Assembly (NCBI GenBank): GCA_038208115.1
Contig: JBBQZC010000002.1
Location: forward strand, 55,233 to 119,232
Reading direction: 5' to 3'
Length of the DNA: 64,000 bases
Source of the DNA: Candidatus Moraniibacteriota bacterium
GTDB lineage: Bacteria; Patescibacteriota; Minisyncoccia; Moranbacterales; GCA-2747515
In this document: one piece after another, positions 10,898 through 21,269 of the stretch
How the letters are laid out: each line of letters begins with the position of its first letter
Position numbering within the stretch: the stretch's first letter is position 1
Made by a program: the position numbers and the translations under genes
The notes under the pieces: generated by a model
Databases searched by the model: none
What the model saw: only the letters and a program-made list of their open reading frames with translations
What the model was told of the DNA's origin: nothing

Positions 10898-11090
10898 TCA
10901 AAAAGTATTTATTATATCCGCAAATGGTCTCAAACCCAAAAAGCCAGCTCAAAACTGGTCCGTGTCTAGCGGAAAAACAGCGCAAAAGCGAACTGTCTAT
11001 GCATCATACTGAAAAAAAACCATTCCGTCAATATCATATATCATAAAGCTCCCTTACTTAGGGCGCTTTATGGCTCAAAATCATTCATTT

Positions 11091-13040
11091 TTATACACCA
11101 CATTGTTTATGTAGTGCATCTACGAGACAGGCAAATTCTATGCGAGCAACACACACCACTTCATCAGCACCACCATAATACACATATAATTCTTCTTCAA
11201 ACGGCACCACACCACATGAAAATACTGTACCTGGTCGCAGACCTTTGTTTTCATAATCAGCACGCGGCTCAAGAATTGGATAATCCAATCGTGCTGTAAT
11301 AGCACCTCTCTCCAAATCAAACATCGCAGCGCCCAGTCGATACTGCCCATCATGTTTAGAAAGAGCATGATAAATCAACAACCATTCATTTCCCACTTTG
11401 ATTGGAGGACCTGCAATACCTACTTTTTCACTGTCCCATGAATCTGGTCGTGAACACATAATACTTCGTCCACCCAATGTGCGACCTTCTTCAAATTTTA
11501 AATCATCTACATAATCGATCCAAATCGTATGCTTAAGTCGATGAAAAAATACATATTTACCATTTATTTTTTCCGATACGAGACACGCATTTTTGTCATC
11601 CATCCCATCTGGAGAGATCAGTATTGGCATTGTCCATCTTTCCCATTTTTGTTTACGAAAATCATCCACACTGATCGACGTAAAAGCTACTCGTGCCGGA
11701 CCATGTCCATTGTATGCTGTATAACACATATAAAATCTATCATCCATACGCGTGATTCGTGCATCCTCACATCCAGAATTACCAGGCTCTTCCCGCACCT
11801 CTTCAGGAATGCGTGGCACATATATCGGTTGATCATTCTTTTTGACAAGATGAAATCCATCTGCAGTCGCTGCATAACCCACATACGATGTATCATTTTC
11901 ATCTTGTGCACGGTATAATATATGGATCAAACCATCATCATAAATTGCCGTAGGATTGAGGACATATTTTGATTCCCATCCGCCATCATGTGTTGGCTCT
12001 ATGATTGGATTACCTTCAAATCGCTCCAAGGCAACTGGCACGACACCTTCGCCTGCATATTCTTCACAATCTTTCAATTTAATATATGAAAGCAATTCTT
12101 TTAATGACAACATTGCCATCGCACACACTGTATCTGCTGCACCATAATATAATCGCAATTCATCATCTTCCAAAGTCAAGCCTGAAGGAAATGCAATATT
12201 TGGCACAACACCATACCGTTCATATACTTCATCTGGTTGAATAAGTGGTCGCACACTACGCCCAATCACATGAATTGGATTATCAAGCTCAAGAAGCGAC
12301 GTTTCAATACCAAAAACTGGACTTCCTGAGCGATAGTGACGAATATATGAATAAACCATAAGCCATCCTTCACTGGTTTTGACTGGCGGAGCACCCACTT
12401 CAATATGATCTTCAAGCGACCGCTGAAAATGCAATGTATGAGCATCCAGATCCTTCATCCATTCCAACCAAAATTTAGGATCCCATATCTGTTCTGGCGT
12501 ATCAAACTCTGCAAGCATAACGCGCACTGGAGGAATGTCTGTATTCATTGTAAACATTGCTACGATTTTTCCATTAATCTTCTCAGGAAAAAACACCATT
12601 GCTTTTGAGTTGAAGTGTGTGACGTGATGCTTTTCTTTGATCGTTTTGAAATCCTCGGTAATAGCAATACCAATAGAGATACCATTTGGCGTATGCGGAT
12701 AATCAGAGAGTGCGGTATATGTGATGTAATATTTTCCATCAATCTTTGTTACTCGTGGATCTTCACAGCCATATTGTTCCCATATCTCTTCTGGTGCAAT
12801 TAATTGTCGTCTTTCTCCAGTAAAACTCATACCGTCTTCACTGAATGTATAACCAATCGTAGAGAGCTCCATCACATCTCTTTTATATTTCTGCTCATAC
12901 GACTGTGCACGATACAAAAAATGATATCCTTTTTTATCTCTAATCGGACAGCCGTTGAACACTGCTTGCGCCTCCCATGAAATTGAACGGTCAGGTCCCA
13001 AAACAGGATTATTTGGATATCTTTTAATATTAATATTCAT
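11091..13040 (-). CDS. GH130-family (DUF377) glycoside phosphorylase/glycosidase, two tandem beta-propeller domains
   Basis: Motifs NPTAIYDDGLIHILYRAQ and YYGGADEVVCVA, with an N-terminal copy (YHFLYRAQ ... LYYGAADTVCAMA); start assumed at ATG 13040 (MNINIKRYPNNPVLGP); alternative GTG start at 13082 would overlap the upstream gene. Confidence 0.65.
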   Translation of the reverse strand: MNINIKRYPNNPVLGPDRSISWEAQAVFNGCPIRDKKGYHFLYRAQSYEQKYKRDVMELSTIGYTFSEDGMSFTGERRQLIAPEEIWEQYGCEDPRVTKIDGKYYITYTALSDYPHTPNGISIGIAITEDFKTIKEKHHVTHFNSKAMVFFPEKINGKIVAMFTMNTDIPPVRVMLAEFDTPEQIWDPKFWLEWMKDLDAHTLHFQRSLEDHIEVGAPPVKTSEGWLMVYSYIRHYRSGSPVFGIETSLLELDNPIHVIGRSVRPLIQPDEVYERYGVVPNIAFPSGLTLEDDELRLYYGAADTVCAMAMLSLKELLSYIKLKDCEEYAGEGVVPVALERFEGNPIIEPTHDGGWESKYVLNPTAIYDDGLIHILYRAQDENDTSYVGYAATADGFHLVKKNDQPIYVPRIPEEVREEPGNSGCEDARITRMDDRFYMCYTAYNGHGPARVAFTSISVDDFRKQKWERWTMPILISPDGMDDKNACLVSEKINGKYVFFHRLKHTIWIDYVDDLKFEEGRTLGGRSIMCSRPDSWDSEKVGIAGPPIKVGNEWLLIYHALSKHDGQYRLGAAMFDLERGAITARLDYPILEPRADYENKGLRPGTVFSCGVVPFEEELYVYYGGADEVVCVARIEFACLVDALHKQCGV

Positions 13041-13053
13041 AGTGAGTATTATT

Positions 13054-14904
13054 TTATTTATTAATTTCCATCTTGACTTCACCAGTTCTCTTTAGATCAT
13101 CAAGAAATTTGCCCAGAGGAGCTGTCGCCACACACACATATGCATCAGAACCACCATAATAAACAAAAATTGTGTCATCTTTTACAACTGCTCCGCATGC
13201 ATAAATGACTCCCCATTTATGACCGTCATTTTCATAAGACTCCTGTGGTTCGAGAATTGGCTTAGTGGATCTATATAACACTTTTGTCGGATTATCAATA
13301 TCAAGTAACAAAACTCCCACTCTATAGCGATCAGAGTTTTTGTGATCCATGGCATGATAAAAAACAAGCCATCCATCTTCAGTTTTGATAGGAGCCGGAC
13401 CTACCCCACGAAACCAACTATCCCACGTTCTCGTAGGATCGATTGGTCTTGTGTTATTACTTTTTATAAATGTCTGACCATCTAGCTTATCCAGATCATC
13501 AAAATAATCAATCAGGATTTCTGGGCAAAAGCTGTGTAATATTGCAAATTTACCATTAATCTTTTCTGGAAAAAGCACCCAATTTTTATTTTTTTCTCCT
13601 GGTGGAGAGATTAATATTGTCTTCTTCCAATTCCAGCGTTTATTTATGAAGTCATCCCAGTCAATCGATGCGAGAGCTACACGGACTGATCCCCATCCAT
13701 CAAAGGCTGTAAATGTCATATATACCACATCATCAATAAGGACCATTCGCGGATCCTCACATCCTCCGTTGCTATTATTACCAGATGTATATGGGTCCGG
13801 AAATGATGTATGTACAAACTGTGTTTTCCTCCTATATATATATTGTGCTGACCTTTCTTCTATAGTCAGACCATCTACGCTCGATGCATATCCCAAAACT
13901 GAGATTGAGTCATGTCCTTCAGCTCTATATACAATATGAATTATGCCATCACGTACTATCGCTGTAGGATTATATGTTGCTCGAGATTCCCATGCATGAT
14001 ATTCACGAGGCATGATGATTGGATTACAATGCGCTCGTTCAAGAGCCATCATCTCATCTTCATCATTTTCAGACTCTTGTTCATTCTCATCTTTTTCTAC
14101 TGAAGAAATCTCACGTGATGATTCATGATCATAAAAATGTCGTAACAAGTACATTTCTCCAGATTCATTCATCCAGTATGACACGAAATAATCGTCAAAA
14201 ACAACCGCACCAAATAATATTGAGAGTTTTTCTTTTGTATTATGTGTCTCATAAATCGGACGTTCTGACTTCCACAATAATCGTGTAGGGTCGCCATAAT
14301 CAAACAACGCTCCATAGATTTTATATTCATCTATACAGCATTCACTACTAATCGCACTATACAAGACAAATACCCCATCATCTACGACCTGTACATCGAG
14401 CACAAATAGTTCTTTTTCAAAATCATTATAATTGATCGCAATCAAATCTTTCTTTGCCCGTGTCCACCGCCTCAGATCTGTCGAAACAAAAAGCCGTATC
14501 GCATCACCGCCACCATACATGACATTACGCCCAGCATACCAATAATCAGAAACAATTTTTGCATTACCCGGATTCTTCTCGATTTCCTCCAATTTTTCCC
14601 AATCTATTAAATTGTGCGAGCGAGCAATACATAATTTTTCCTCATCAAAAACACGATACGTAAGATAATAGATTTTTCCGTCTTTAGACATATGGAAAGA
14701 ACTACACCGATCGAAATCATCAGCTGGTCCAGTAATATTCACAATCTTTGCGTTTGATGTAAGTGTAGTGAAATTAATCCCATCATCACTGTGGCGCACA
14801 GTAAAAGTCCCATGTTTAGCGTCATCTTCGCCCCATAAAAATAAATATGATTTCTGACTAATTAGTGCTGAACCGAGACCCTGCACCATTTTTTTGTTTT
14901 CCAT
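13054..14904 (-). CDS. GH130-family (DUF377) glycoside phosphorylase/glycosidase paralog, two domains joined by an acidic linker
   Basis: 616 aa; YNPTAIVRDGIIHIVYRAEGHD and FVYYGGSDAYVCVATA motifs in the C-terminal half; divergent N-terminal propeller-like half; ENEQESENDEDE linker. Confidence 0.6.
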   Translation of the reverse strand: MENKKMVQGLGSALISQKSYLFLWGEDDAKHGTFTVRHSDDGINFTTLTSNAKIVNITGPADDFDRCSSFHMSKDGKIYYLTYRVFDEEKLCIARSHNLIDWEKLEEIEKNPGNAKIVSDYWYAGRNVMYGGGDAIRLFVSTDLRRWTRAKKDLIAINYNDFEKELFVLDVQVVDDGVFVLYSAISSECCIDEYKIYGALFDYGDPTRLLWKSERPIYETHNTKEKLSILFGAVVFDDYFVSYWMNESGEMYLLRHFYDHESSREISSVEKDENEQESENDEDEMMALERAHCNPIIMPREYHAWESRATYNPTAIVRDGIIHIVYRAEGHDSISVLGYASSVDGLTIEERSAQYIYRRKTQFVHTSFPDPYTSGNNSNGGCEDPRMVLIDDVVYMTFTAFDGWGSVRVALASIDWDDFINKRWNWKKTILISPPGEKNKNWVLFPEKINGKFAILHSFCPEILIDYFDDLDKLDGQTFIKSNNTRPIDPTRTWDSWFRGVGPAPIKTEDGWLVFYHAMDHKNSDRYRVGVLLLDIDNPTKVLYRSTKPILEPQESYENDGHKWGVIYACGAVVKDDTIFVYYGGSDAYVCVATAPLGKFLDDLKRTGEVKMEINK

Positions 14905-15022
14905 TTGTTATATAATCTAATCTTCTATAATATTCATTATAAAACGAAGTGCAAAAAAAAACAAACATCTCTCCATATATATTTTTCAGCATGATGCATT
15001 ACACTTTAAGTTAAATGTACTA

Positions 15023-15064
15023 TTGACTTTATTTAGTTAATGTGTAAACTATTAACATATTAAC
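15023..15064 (+). promoter_or_regulatory. putative sigma70 promoter with overlapping inverted-repeat operator for the marR-efflux operon
   Basis: TTGACT (15023-15028), 16-nt spacer, TAAACT; inverted half-sites GTTAAT...ATTAAC(x2) overlap the -10 and +1 region just upstream of the MarR gene. Confidence 0.35.
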
Positions 15065-15074
15065 AATTCATATT

Positions 15075-15530
15075 ATGCAAACAATACCTGAATCGATCAT
15101 GTGTGTCGCCATACGACTTGAACGCATTGCTGATCATCATATTTTTCGTCATGTGGATCTCTCTGCAATGAGCGTAAAAATACTTTTTATCATCAACGAT
15201 GCTGCATCAATCACACCATCAGCCATACAAGAAATTGTCGGCGGAACCAAATCAAACATCAGTCAACGTCTCAATTATCTGGAAAAAAAGAAATATCTTT
15301 CTCGCAAACATAATAAAAATACAGACAAACGTACAGTATCAATCGTATTGACACCACTCGGCAAAAAAAAGATTGCGGTAGTCAATAAGTGGCTTCTTAA
15401 AACAAATCTCAGTCTTGAAAAAAACTTTACTCAAAAAGAACTGACCTCGCATTTTGCCTTCATGCAAAAACTCCATACTATCATTGACGACGTGGAGCAC
15501 GAAAAGACATTCACATGTAATCATAACTAA
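15075..15530 (+). CDS. MarR-family transcriptional regulator
   Basis: 151 aa; winged-helix segment IQEIVGGTKSNISQRLNYLEKKKYLSRKHNKNTDKRTVSIVLTPLGKK. Confidence 0.7.
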   Translation: MQTIPESIMCVAIRLERIADHHIFRHVDLSAMSVKILFIINDAASITPSAIQEIVGGTKSNISQRLNYLEKKKYLSRKHNKNTDKRTVSIVLTPLGKKKIAVVNKWLLKTNLSLEKNFTQKELTSHFAFMQKLHTIIDDVEHEKTFTCNHN

Positions 15531-15541
15531 TTATTACTTTT

Positions 15542-16618
15542 ATGAAATTCAAAATTATTTTTGCAATTTTTGCAATCACAATTATATCAATATTCGTTTA
15601 CAGATTTACGCAACAAAAACCTACACCAGAAGCTGTAGAAACTAAATTACCCCAGACTGTTTCCGTACAAAGCGCACGCGATAGTGTCCGCTCAATACAA
15701 AAAAATACTTATCCCGCCATTATTACAGGCGACCAGCAAGCTGTTATTACGGCGAGCACAAACGGCATAATCTCAAATCTGCATTTTGACCTTGGGACAT
15801 ATGTTACTCAAGGCAAGCAACTTGCAACTATTGATACAATCGGATCAAATTCCACCATTGGAGAAAATGGGCTGCGCAGCAGTCAAATCCAAGCGCTCGA
15901 ATTACATGTCCAATCCACAGAACAATCGTATAAAAAAGCCAAGGATGCGTATAAAAAAGATAAATCTTATGCGAATAAAAAATCCAGAGAAATCGCACAA
16001 ATCGATCAAGAATCAGCGCAAATTGCTCTGAATGGAGCTCTCGACGGGCAATTTGTTACAGCACCAATCTCTGGCACAATAGTCGAACGCACGATATCAC
16101 TCGGCGATTCCGTATCACCCGGTCAAAGGATCGCAACAATATCAAAAACTGGTCTTACAAAGATTCAATTTTACGTCAGTAAAACTGAACTACCCTTTGT
16201 CACTGTCAACGATCACATCATGCTCGATATAGATAATCACACTATTGAAAGCATTGTTACAGTTGTTTCTCCACAAGCTGATCCTGCGACCAAAAGATTT
16301 CTTATCGAAGCAAGCCCTTTGGACAAAAAACCTCTCATAATTGGTTCAATTGCATCAGTGTCATTTGACATTGAACGCACACCCACTGATCACAAAAATA
16401 TTATATTACCTCTTTCTGCGATCACAGTTGGACAAAATGAAAGCTATATATTTGTTTTGGATGGCAACACGGCAAAAAAGATTGTTGTTACAGTAGCATT
16501 AGTACAAGGTGAAACGGCTGAGGTGACGAGTACAGAAATCTCAGAAGATACACAAATCATTATTGATGGAAATAAGCTCGTGAGTGATGGTGACGCCGTA
16601 CAATCCATTCAATCGTAA
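15542..16618 (+). CDS. efflux RND transporter periplasmic adaptor subunit (HlyD/MFP family)
   Basis: 358 aa; N-terminal TM anchor, lipoyl/beta-barrel segments (AVITASTNGIISNL, GQFVTAPISGTIVER); 12 bp after MarR and 30 bp before the RND permease. Confidence 0.8.
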   Translation: MKFKIIFAIFAITIISIFVYRFTQQKPTPEAVETKLPQTVSVQSARDSVRSIQKNTYPAIITGDQQAVITASTNGIISNLHFDLGTYVTQGKQLATIDTIGSNSTIGENGLRSSQIQALELHVQSTEQSYKKAKDAYKKDKSYANKKSREIAQIDQESAQIALNGALDGQFVTAPISGTIVERTISLGDSVSPGQRIATISKTGLTKIQFYVSKTELPFVTVNDHIMLDIDNHTIESIVTVVSPQADPATKRFLIEASPLDKKPLIIGSIASVSFDIERTPTDHKNIILPLSAITVGQNESYIFVLDGNTAKKIVVTVALVQGETAEVTSTEISEDTQIIIDGNKLVSDGDAVQSIQS

Positions 16619-16648
16619 TCATCTTTTTTTAATCTTCAACTTTCTATC

Positions 16649-19600
16649 ATGAAAAATTCACATCTTTCAAAATCATCTGATGAAAAAAAAGAATTCACTT
16701 CCAGTGATCTCGCATATCTCGATAAACTAAAATTCAATCCGAATCTTGCAAATGGGTGGCTTAATTTTTTTGTTGCTAATTTTCGTGTGGTAGTTCTTCT
16801 CATTCTCCTTTTGTCTGGTTGGGGTATTTATTCATATATTAAACTCCCTCGCGAATCAAGTCCAGAGGTAAAAATTCCGATTGCTGTCATCACAGCCGTT
16901 TATCCTGGTGCGTCTCCTACAGACGTAGAAGAGTTAGTCACAAAAAAAATTGAAACAGATATTTCTGGTGTTTCTGGCATTGACAAGATTACGTCCAGCT
17001 CCACAAATTCATTTTCTGCTGTCACAGTTGAATTTGGTGCAAATGAAAATCTTGATAATTCTGTTCGCAAACTTCGTGACAGACTCGCAACGATTCGTAC
17101 CAATCTCCCTGACGATGCCAATGATCCTGAAGTCGTAGAAATATCACTTGATGACGCACCGATTGTCACTTTTGAACTCACAGGTTCCTATGATGGATTC
17201 ACACTTCGCGCTCAAGCAGAAAAAATCCAAGATGAACTTGAAAAAATTTCTGGTATTCGTGAAGTAAAAATCTCTGGCGGTGATGAAAAGGAGTTTGATA
17301 TTTATTATGATCCACAAAAGTTATCATTTTATAATATATCTGTCGAGCAGGCAAATCAAGCAATTCGCGCGACAAATCGTGCAGTTCCAGCTGGAAACTT
17401 TGATGGTGAAACATATTCTTATCCTGTGCGCACAGATGGACGTTTTTATGATGCTGTAACAATTGGAAACATCCCTATTTTTCATACAGATAACAATTCG
17501 ATTGTTTATCTCAAAGATGTTGCACGCGTTGAAGTAAATGCTATAGAAAAATCAATTCTCTCTCGATTTTCACAAAATGGCGCACCACCACAAAATGCTG
17601 TGAGCATCCAAATTATCAAAAGAACTGGAAGCTCCATTCTTGATACTGTCAACAAAGTGCAAGATGCTCTAGAAAAACAATCAAAAACCTTTCCAAAAGA
17701 CATGACATATGTCACAACGATCAATATGGCGGATTACATCCGGCAAGATTTTGATCAATTATTTCATGATTTCTTAATTACTCTTACACTTGTAATTATT
17801 GTACTTTTTCTTGTTGTTGGCCTCAAAGAAGCATTCGTTGCTGGACTCGCGATTCCACTTGTATTCTTTTTTACATTTGGTGTAATGCAAGCAACAGGAA
17901 CATCGCTCAATTTCCTTTCTATTTTTTCCCTCTTGCTCGCGCTCGGACTTCTTGTTGATGATGCAATCGTTGTCGTCAGTGCAACCAAACAATACATGAA
18001 AACAGGAAAATTTACGCCAGAGGAAGCGGTGCTTCTTGTGCTCAATGACTTCAAGGTTGTCTTGACTACGACAACATTGGCTACAATGTGGGCATTTCTT
18101 CCTCTCCTTATGGCTTCTGGTATGATCGGACAATATATCAGATCTATCCCAATTACTGTTTCTGTCACACTTGGATCATCACTTCTGATCGCTCTCATGA
18201 TAAATCACCCCCTTGCAGCCGTACTTGAACGCATTCGTCTTACCAAAACATTTTTCTTTATCATTTTTATTGGATTACTCTTTGCAGGATTTATTGGTAT
18301 TGCAACCCATACGACGTTTGGATTTATTTTAGCATCCATCTTTTTTGTTACCGCTATAATCATACTGTCGTGGTATTTCGGAAAAGGAAAATTAATTACA
18401 CAAAAAAATAAAGATCTTGTAGAAGCAGAATGGCGCAATGATGAACTCATTAAACACAAGCTCCTCGTACAAGGACAGCGTGAGTCAGGTACATTTTTTG
18501 ACAGACTTATTCATGGCATCATTCATTTTGATCGGGCTATCCCATTGTATGAAAAATACCTCCGCAAAGTAACACACTCACGCAAAGCACGACTCACATT
18601 CATTGGCACAATCTTTGTCATATTTATCATTGCCATGTCACTTCCTGCTATCGGCATTGTAAAAACTGAATTTTTTCCTGTATCTGATGCAGAAGAAATC
18701 TATATCAGTATGCGTGCACCATCAGGGTTAATTCTCGAGCATTCAGACCATATCATTCAAGAAGTAGAGAAACAACTTTATAAATATCCTGAAATTCTGA
18801 ACTTTGCCACACTCGTTGGCAACCCCGGAAGTGGCGGAGATATTGGTATTACACAAAATACATCAAACACAGCATCTATCACGATTAAGTTATCACCCCT
18901 AAAGAAAAGGGAGAAAAAATCTTATGAAATTGCAGACGCCCTACGTGCTGATGTTGCACATATCCAAGATGCAACAATCACTATAAGTAGCCCATCTGGC
19001 GGACCACCAGCCGGTGCAGCGTTTCAAGCACAAATCACTGGAGATGATCTACAAACTCTCAATCGTATTGCAGATGAACTCAAACCATTACTTGATGCAA
19101 TTCCTGGTGTTATTAATAGTGACATTTCTCTCAAAGATGCTCCTGCAGAATACACATTTTCACTCGATACAGCAAAAATGGAATTATACAGTGTAAATGC
19201 AACACTCGTTGGCACGACACTTCGCACTGCCATATCTGGCACAACTGTCACAACTGTCATCGATGGTAATAAAGACATAGATGTCGTAGCAAAGTATGAT
19301 CAAACAAAAATTCCAGATCTAGAATCAATCCAAAACATGCAAATCCTTAACACAATGAACCAGCCAATCTATCTTAAGGATGTTGCAACAATATCGCTAA
19401 CTCCATCTGTTGAATCAATTACACGCATCGATCAAAAAAGAACAGTTCTTCTCAAGGCAGACGCACGTGCAACCACGAGTTCTACAGAAATCCTCAAACA
19501 ATTTACAGAAAAACTCACAAACGACTACAGACTCCCAGAAGGATATAAAATCAGTTACGGTGGCGAAAATGAGCAAAACACGGAATCCGTGCAATCAATT

Positions 19601-20074
19601 CTCCGTGCAATGATCATTGCTGGTCTTTTAATCTTCTCCACAATGATCATACAATTCAATTCCTTCAAAAAGGCACTGATTGTACTCGTGACACTTCCAC
19701 TTGCTCTCATCGGCACCTTTTTTGGTCTTGCAATATTTGGCATTAGCCTCAGTTTTCCTGGTCTCATCGGCATTCTCGCGCTCTTTGGTATTGTCGTTAA
19801 AAATGCCATTATCCTCATTGACAAGATCAATCTCAATATCAAAAGCGATATTCCGTTTTATGATTCCGTGATCGATGCTGGGAAATCTCGTCTTGAAGCC
19901 ATTTTCGTTACGTCAATCTGTACGATATTTGGGCTTGTTCCGATCACATTATCCAATGAACTGTGGCGCGCACTCGGTAGTGCAGTGATATTCGGGTTAA
20001 TTCTTTCATCATTACTCACATTATTTCTCGTGCCTGTACTATTTATTACATTTGTCAAAGATAAAAAACTGTAA
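16649..20074 (+). CDS. efflux RND transporter permease subunit (AcrB/HAE family) with a short N-terminal extension
   Basis: 1141 aa; 12-TM plus two large periplasmic loops; AcrB-like segments FFVANFRVVVLLILLL, SLLLALGLLVDDAIVVVS, ALFGIVVKNAIILID. Confidence 0.9.
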   Translation: MKNSHLSKSSDEKKEFTSSDLAYLDKLKFNPNLANGWLNFFVANFRVVVLLILLLSGWGIYSYIKLPRESSPEVKIPIAVITAVYPGASPTDVEELVTKKIETDISGVSGIDKITSSSTNSFSAVTVEFGANENLDNSVRKLRDRLATIRTNLPDDANDPEVVEISLDDAPIVTFELTGSYDGFTLRAQAEKIQDELEKISGIREVKISGGDEKEFDIYYDPQKLSFYNISVEQANQAIRATNRAVPAGNFDGETYSYPVRTDGRFYDAVTIGNIPIFHTDNNSIVYLKDVARVEVNAIEKSILSRFSQNGAPPQNAVSIQIIKRTGSSILDTVNKVQDALEKQSKTFPKDMTYVTTINMADYIRQDFDQLFHDFLITLTLVIIVLFLVVGLKEAFVAGLAIPLVFFFTFGVMQATGTSLNFLSIFSLLLALGLLVDDAIVVVSATKQYMKTGKFTPEEAVLLVLNDFKVVLTTTTLATMWAFLPLLMASGMIGQYIRSIPITVSVTLGSSLLIALMINHPLAAVLERIRLTKTFFFIIFIGLLFAGFIGIATHTTFGFILASIFFVTAIIILSWYFGKGKLITQKNKDLVEAEWRNDELIKHKLLVQGQRESGTFFDRLIHGIIHFDRAIPLYEKYLRKVTHSRKARLTFIGTIFVIFIIAMSLPAIGIVKTEFFPVSDAEEIYISMRAPSGLILEHSDHIIQEVEKQLYKYPEILNFATLVGNPGSGGDIGITQNTSNTASITIKLSPLKKREKKSYEIADALRADVAHIQDATITISSPSGGPPAGAAFQAQITGDDLQTLNRIADELKPLLDAIPGVINSDISLKDAPAEYTFSLDTAKMELYSVNATLVGTTLRTAISGTTVTTVIDGNKDIDVVAKYDQTKIPDLESIQNMQILNTMNQPIYLKDVATISLTPSVESITRIDQKRTVLLKADARATTSSTEILKQFTEKLTNDYRLPEGYKISYGGENEQNTESVQSILRAMIIAGLLIFSTMIIQFNSFKKALIVLVTLPLALIGTFFGLAIFGISLSFPGLIGILALFGIVVKNAIILIDKINLNIKSDIPFYDSVIDAGKSRLEAIFVTSICTIFGLVPITLSNELWRALGSAVIFGLILSSLLTLFLVPVLFITFVKDKKL

Positions 20075-20103
20075 CACATGACCTTCTTATATTGTGGATA
20101 CAC

Positions 20104-20649
20104 TTATAAAATTCTTCGTCGAAAAAATGTTGCGATCTGTTTTTTAAATACCACGTAATTGATTTTCATAAAAAATCTTTGACTGATATGCAGAAAAACA
20201 TCACTGTAGTAGATGATACACATACAGAACAATATTATAAATGGAATTATGATACAAAAAATAATATTCATCTCTCTGTAAGCGGGCACAAAAGATGCAA
20301 AACTACGACTCACAATGTCACTTGTAAAAAAAACAAAAAATGCACCCACGCCAATCGCGCGCTGGTGCATTTTTTTGAAGATTTGTATAAATAGGATATA
20401 TGGAACACATGCCAACAAAACAATTATGCCAACTCCCCACAGTCGCCATACGACATCCAGCACACCTCCGAGTATTAGCATGGGCAAATCTAAAACTGTA
20501 TACCATAGCCCACCAAAAAATGTTAGAATGGCAACCACAGCGCTGCAGTTTTTTATGCTTTGAATTATTATTTTTTCCCCCATTATATTTTTTGTGTCAC
20601 TTTTTTTCATTATAGCAGGTCCCCAGAAAAAACAAAAAAGAGAGGTCAC
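20104..20649 (-). CDS. hypothetical polytopic membrane protein
   Basis: 181-aa ORF with 4-5 hydrophobic segments; no recognisable motif. Confidence 0.4.
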   Translation of the reverse strand: MTSLFCFFWGPAIMKKSDTKNIMGEKIIIQSIKNCSAVVAILTFFGGLWYTVLDLPMLILGGVLDVVWRLWGVGIIVLLACVPYILFIQIFKKMHQRAIGVGAFFVFFTSDIVSRSFASFVPAYREMNIIFCIIIPFIILFCMCIIYYSDVFLHISQRFFMKINYVVFKKQIATFFRRRIL

Positions 20650-20680
20650 TTAAGACATCTTTTTTTATGATTAAATCATT

Positions 20681-21088
20681 TTATTGAGTAATTGCATGCG
20701 TTGGACACGCACGCACCGCTTGTGAAATTGCATTCTGCGACGCGATTTCTTGAGAGATTACAGTGGCTTTATGTGTATCCATTTGCATCTGAAAATTTTT
20801 ATTTGCAATCCGCGCACATTTTCCACATCCTATACACTTTACAGGATCAACTGCAAGATTCGTATTTTTCATAATGTTAATTGATGCATCACTATTAGTT
20901 GAGATATTTGTCGACGTTTCATCATTTTTTGCGACCTGCTTATCACATCCATACACTATTGAAAAAAGAATAAATATCGATGATAATGAAACACTTTTTT
21001 TAAAATTCACATTCAATTTCATATAATCAATTGTTATTATTAATACATTCTCTAGTACGCATACTATTTCTCTCATATTTCTCCACAC
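20681..21088 (-). CDS. single-cluster ferredoxin domain protein with N-terminal lipoprotein-like signal/anchor
   Basis: C-terminal CIGCGKCARIA...AVRACPTHAI (CxxCxxC...CP iron-sulfur ferredoxin pattern); N-terminus KKSVSLSSIFILFSIVYGC resembles a lipobox; start uncertain (ATG at 21088, 21076 or 21022). Confidence 0.55.
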   Translation of the reverse strand: MWRNMREIVCVLENVLIITIDYMKLNVNFKKSVSLSSIFILFSIVYGCDKQVAKNDETSTNISTNSDASINIMKNTNLAVDPVKCIGCGKCARIANKNFQMQMDTHKATVISQEIASQNAISQAVRACPTHAITQ

Positions 21089-21093
21089 CCATT

Positions 21094-21175
21094 ATTCATA
21101 ACGCAATGCATGAATTAGATTGAGTGTAGATGCACGTCGCGCAGGATAATAACCAAAAACAATGCCAATAATTTT
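21094..21175 (-). pseudogene. 3'-terminal remnant of an FtsX/MacB-family permease gene
   Basis: Translates to [25 protein letters not shown], 21/25 identical to the C-terminus [25 protein letters not shown] of the intact permease at 58813-60033; about 80% nucleotide identity over about 80 bp. Confidence 0.6.
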
Positions 21176-21203
21176 CAACAATTGAAGTATGTGTATAGCA
21201 ACA

Positions 21204-21242
21204 CCCCCCGAATACACAATTGTATTCGGGGGGTTTTATTTT
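21204..21242 (+). terminator. strong GC-rich hairpin plus U-tract (intrinsic terminator, plus orientation)
   Basis: 13-bp stem CCCCCCGAATACA/TGTATTCGGGGGG followed by TTTTATTTT; no plus-strand gene immediately upstream. Confidence 0.6.
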
Positions 21243-21269
21243 GATAAAAATAGATTAACAGATAATATT

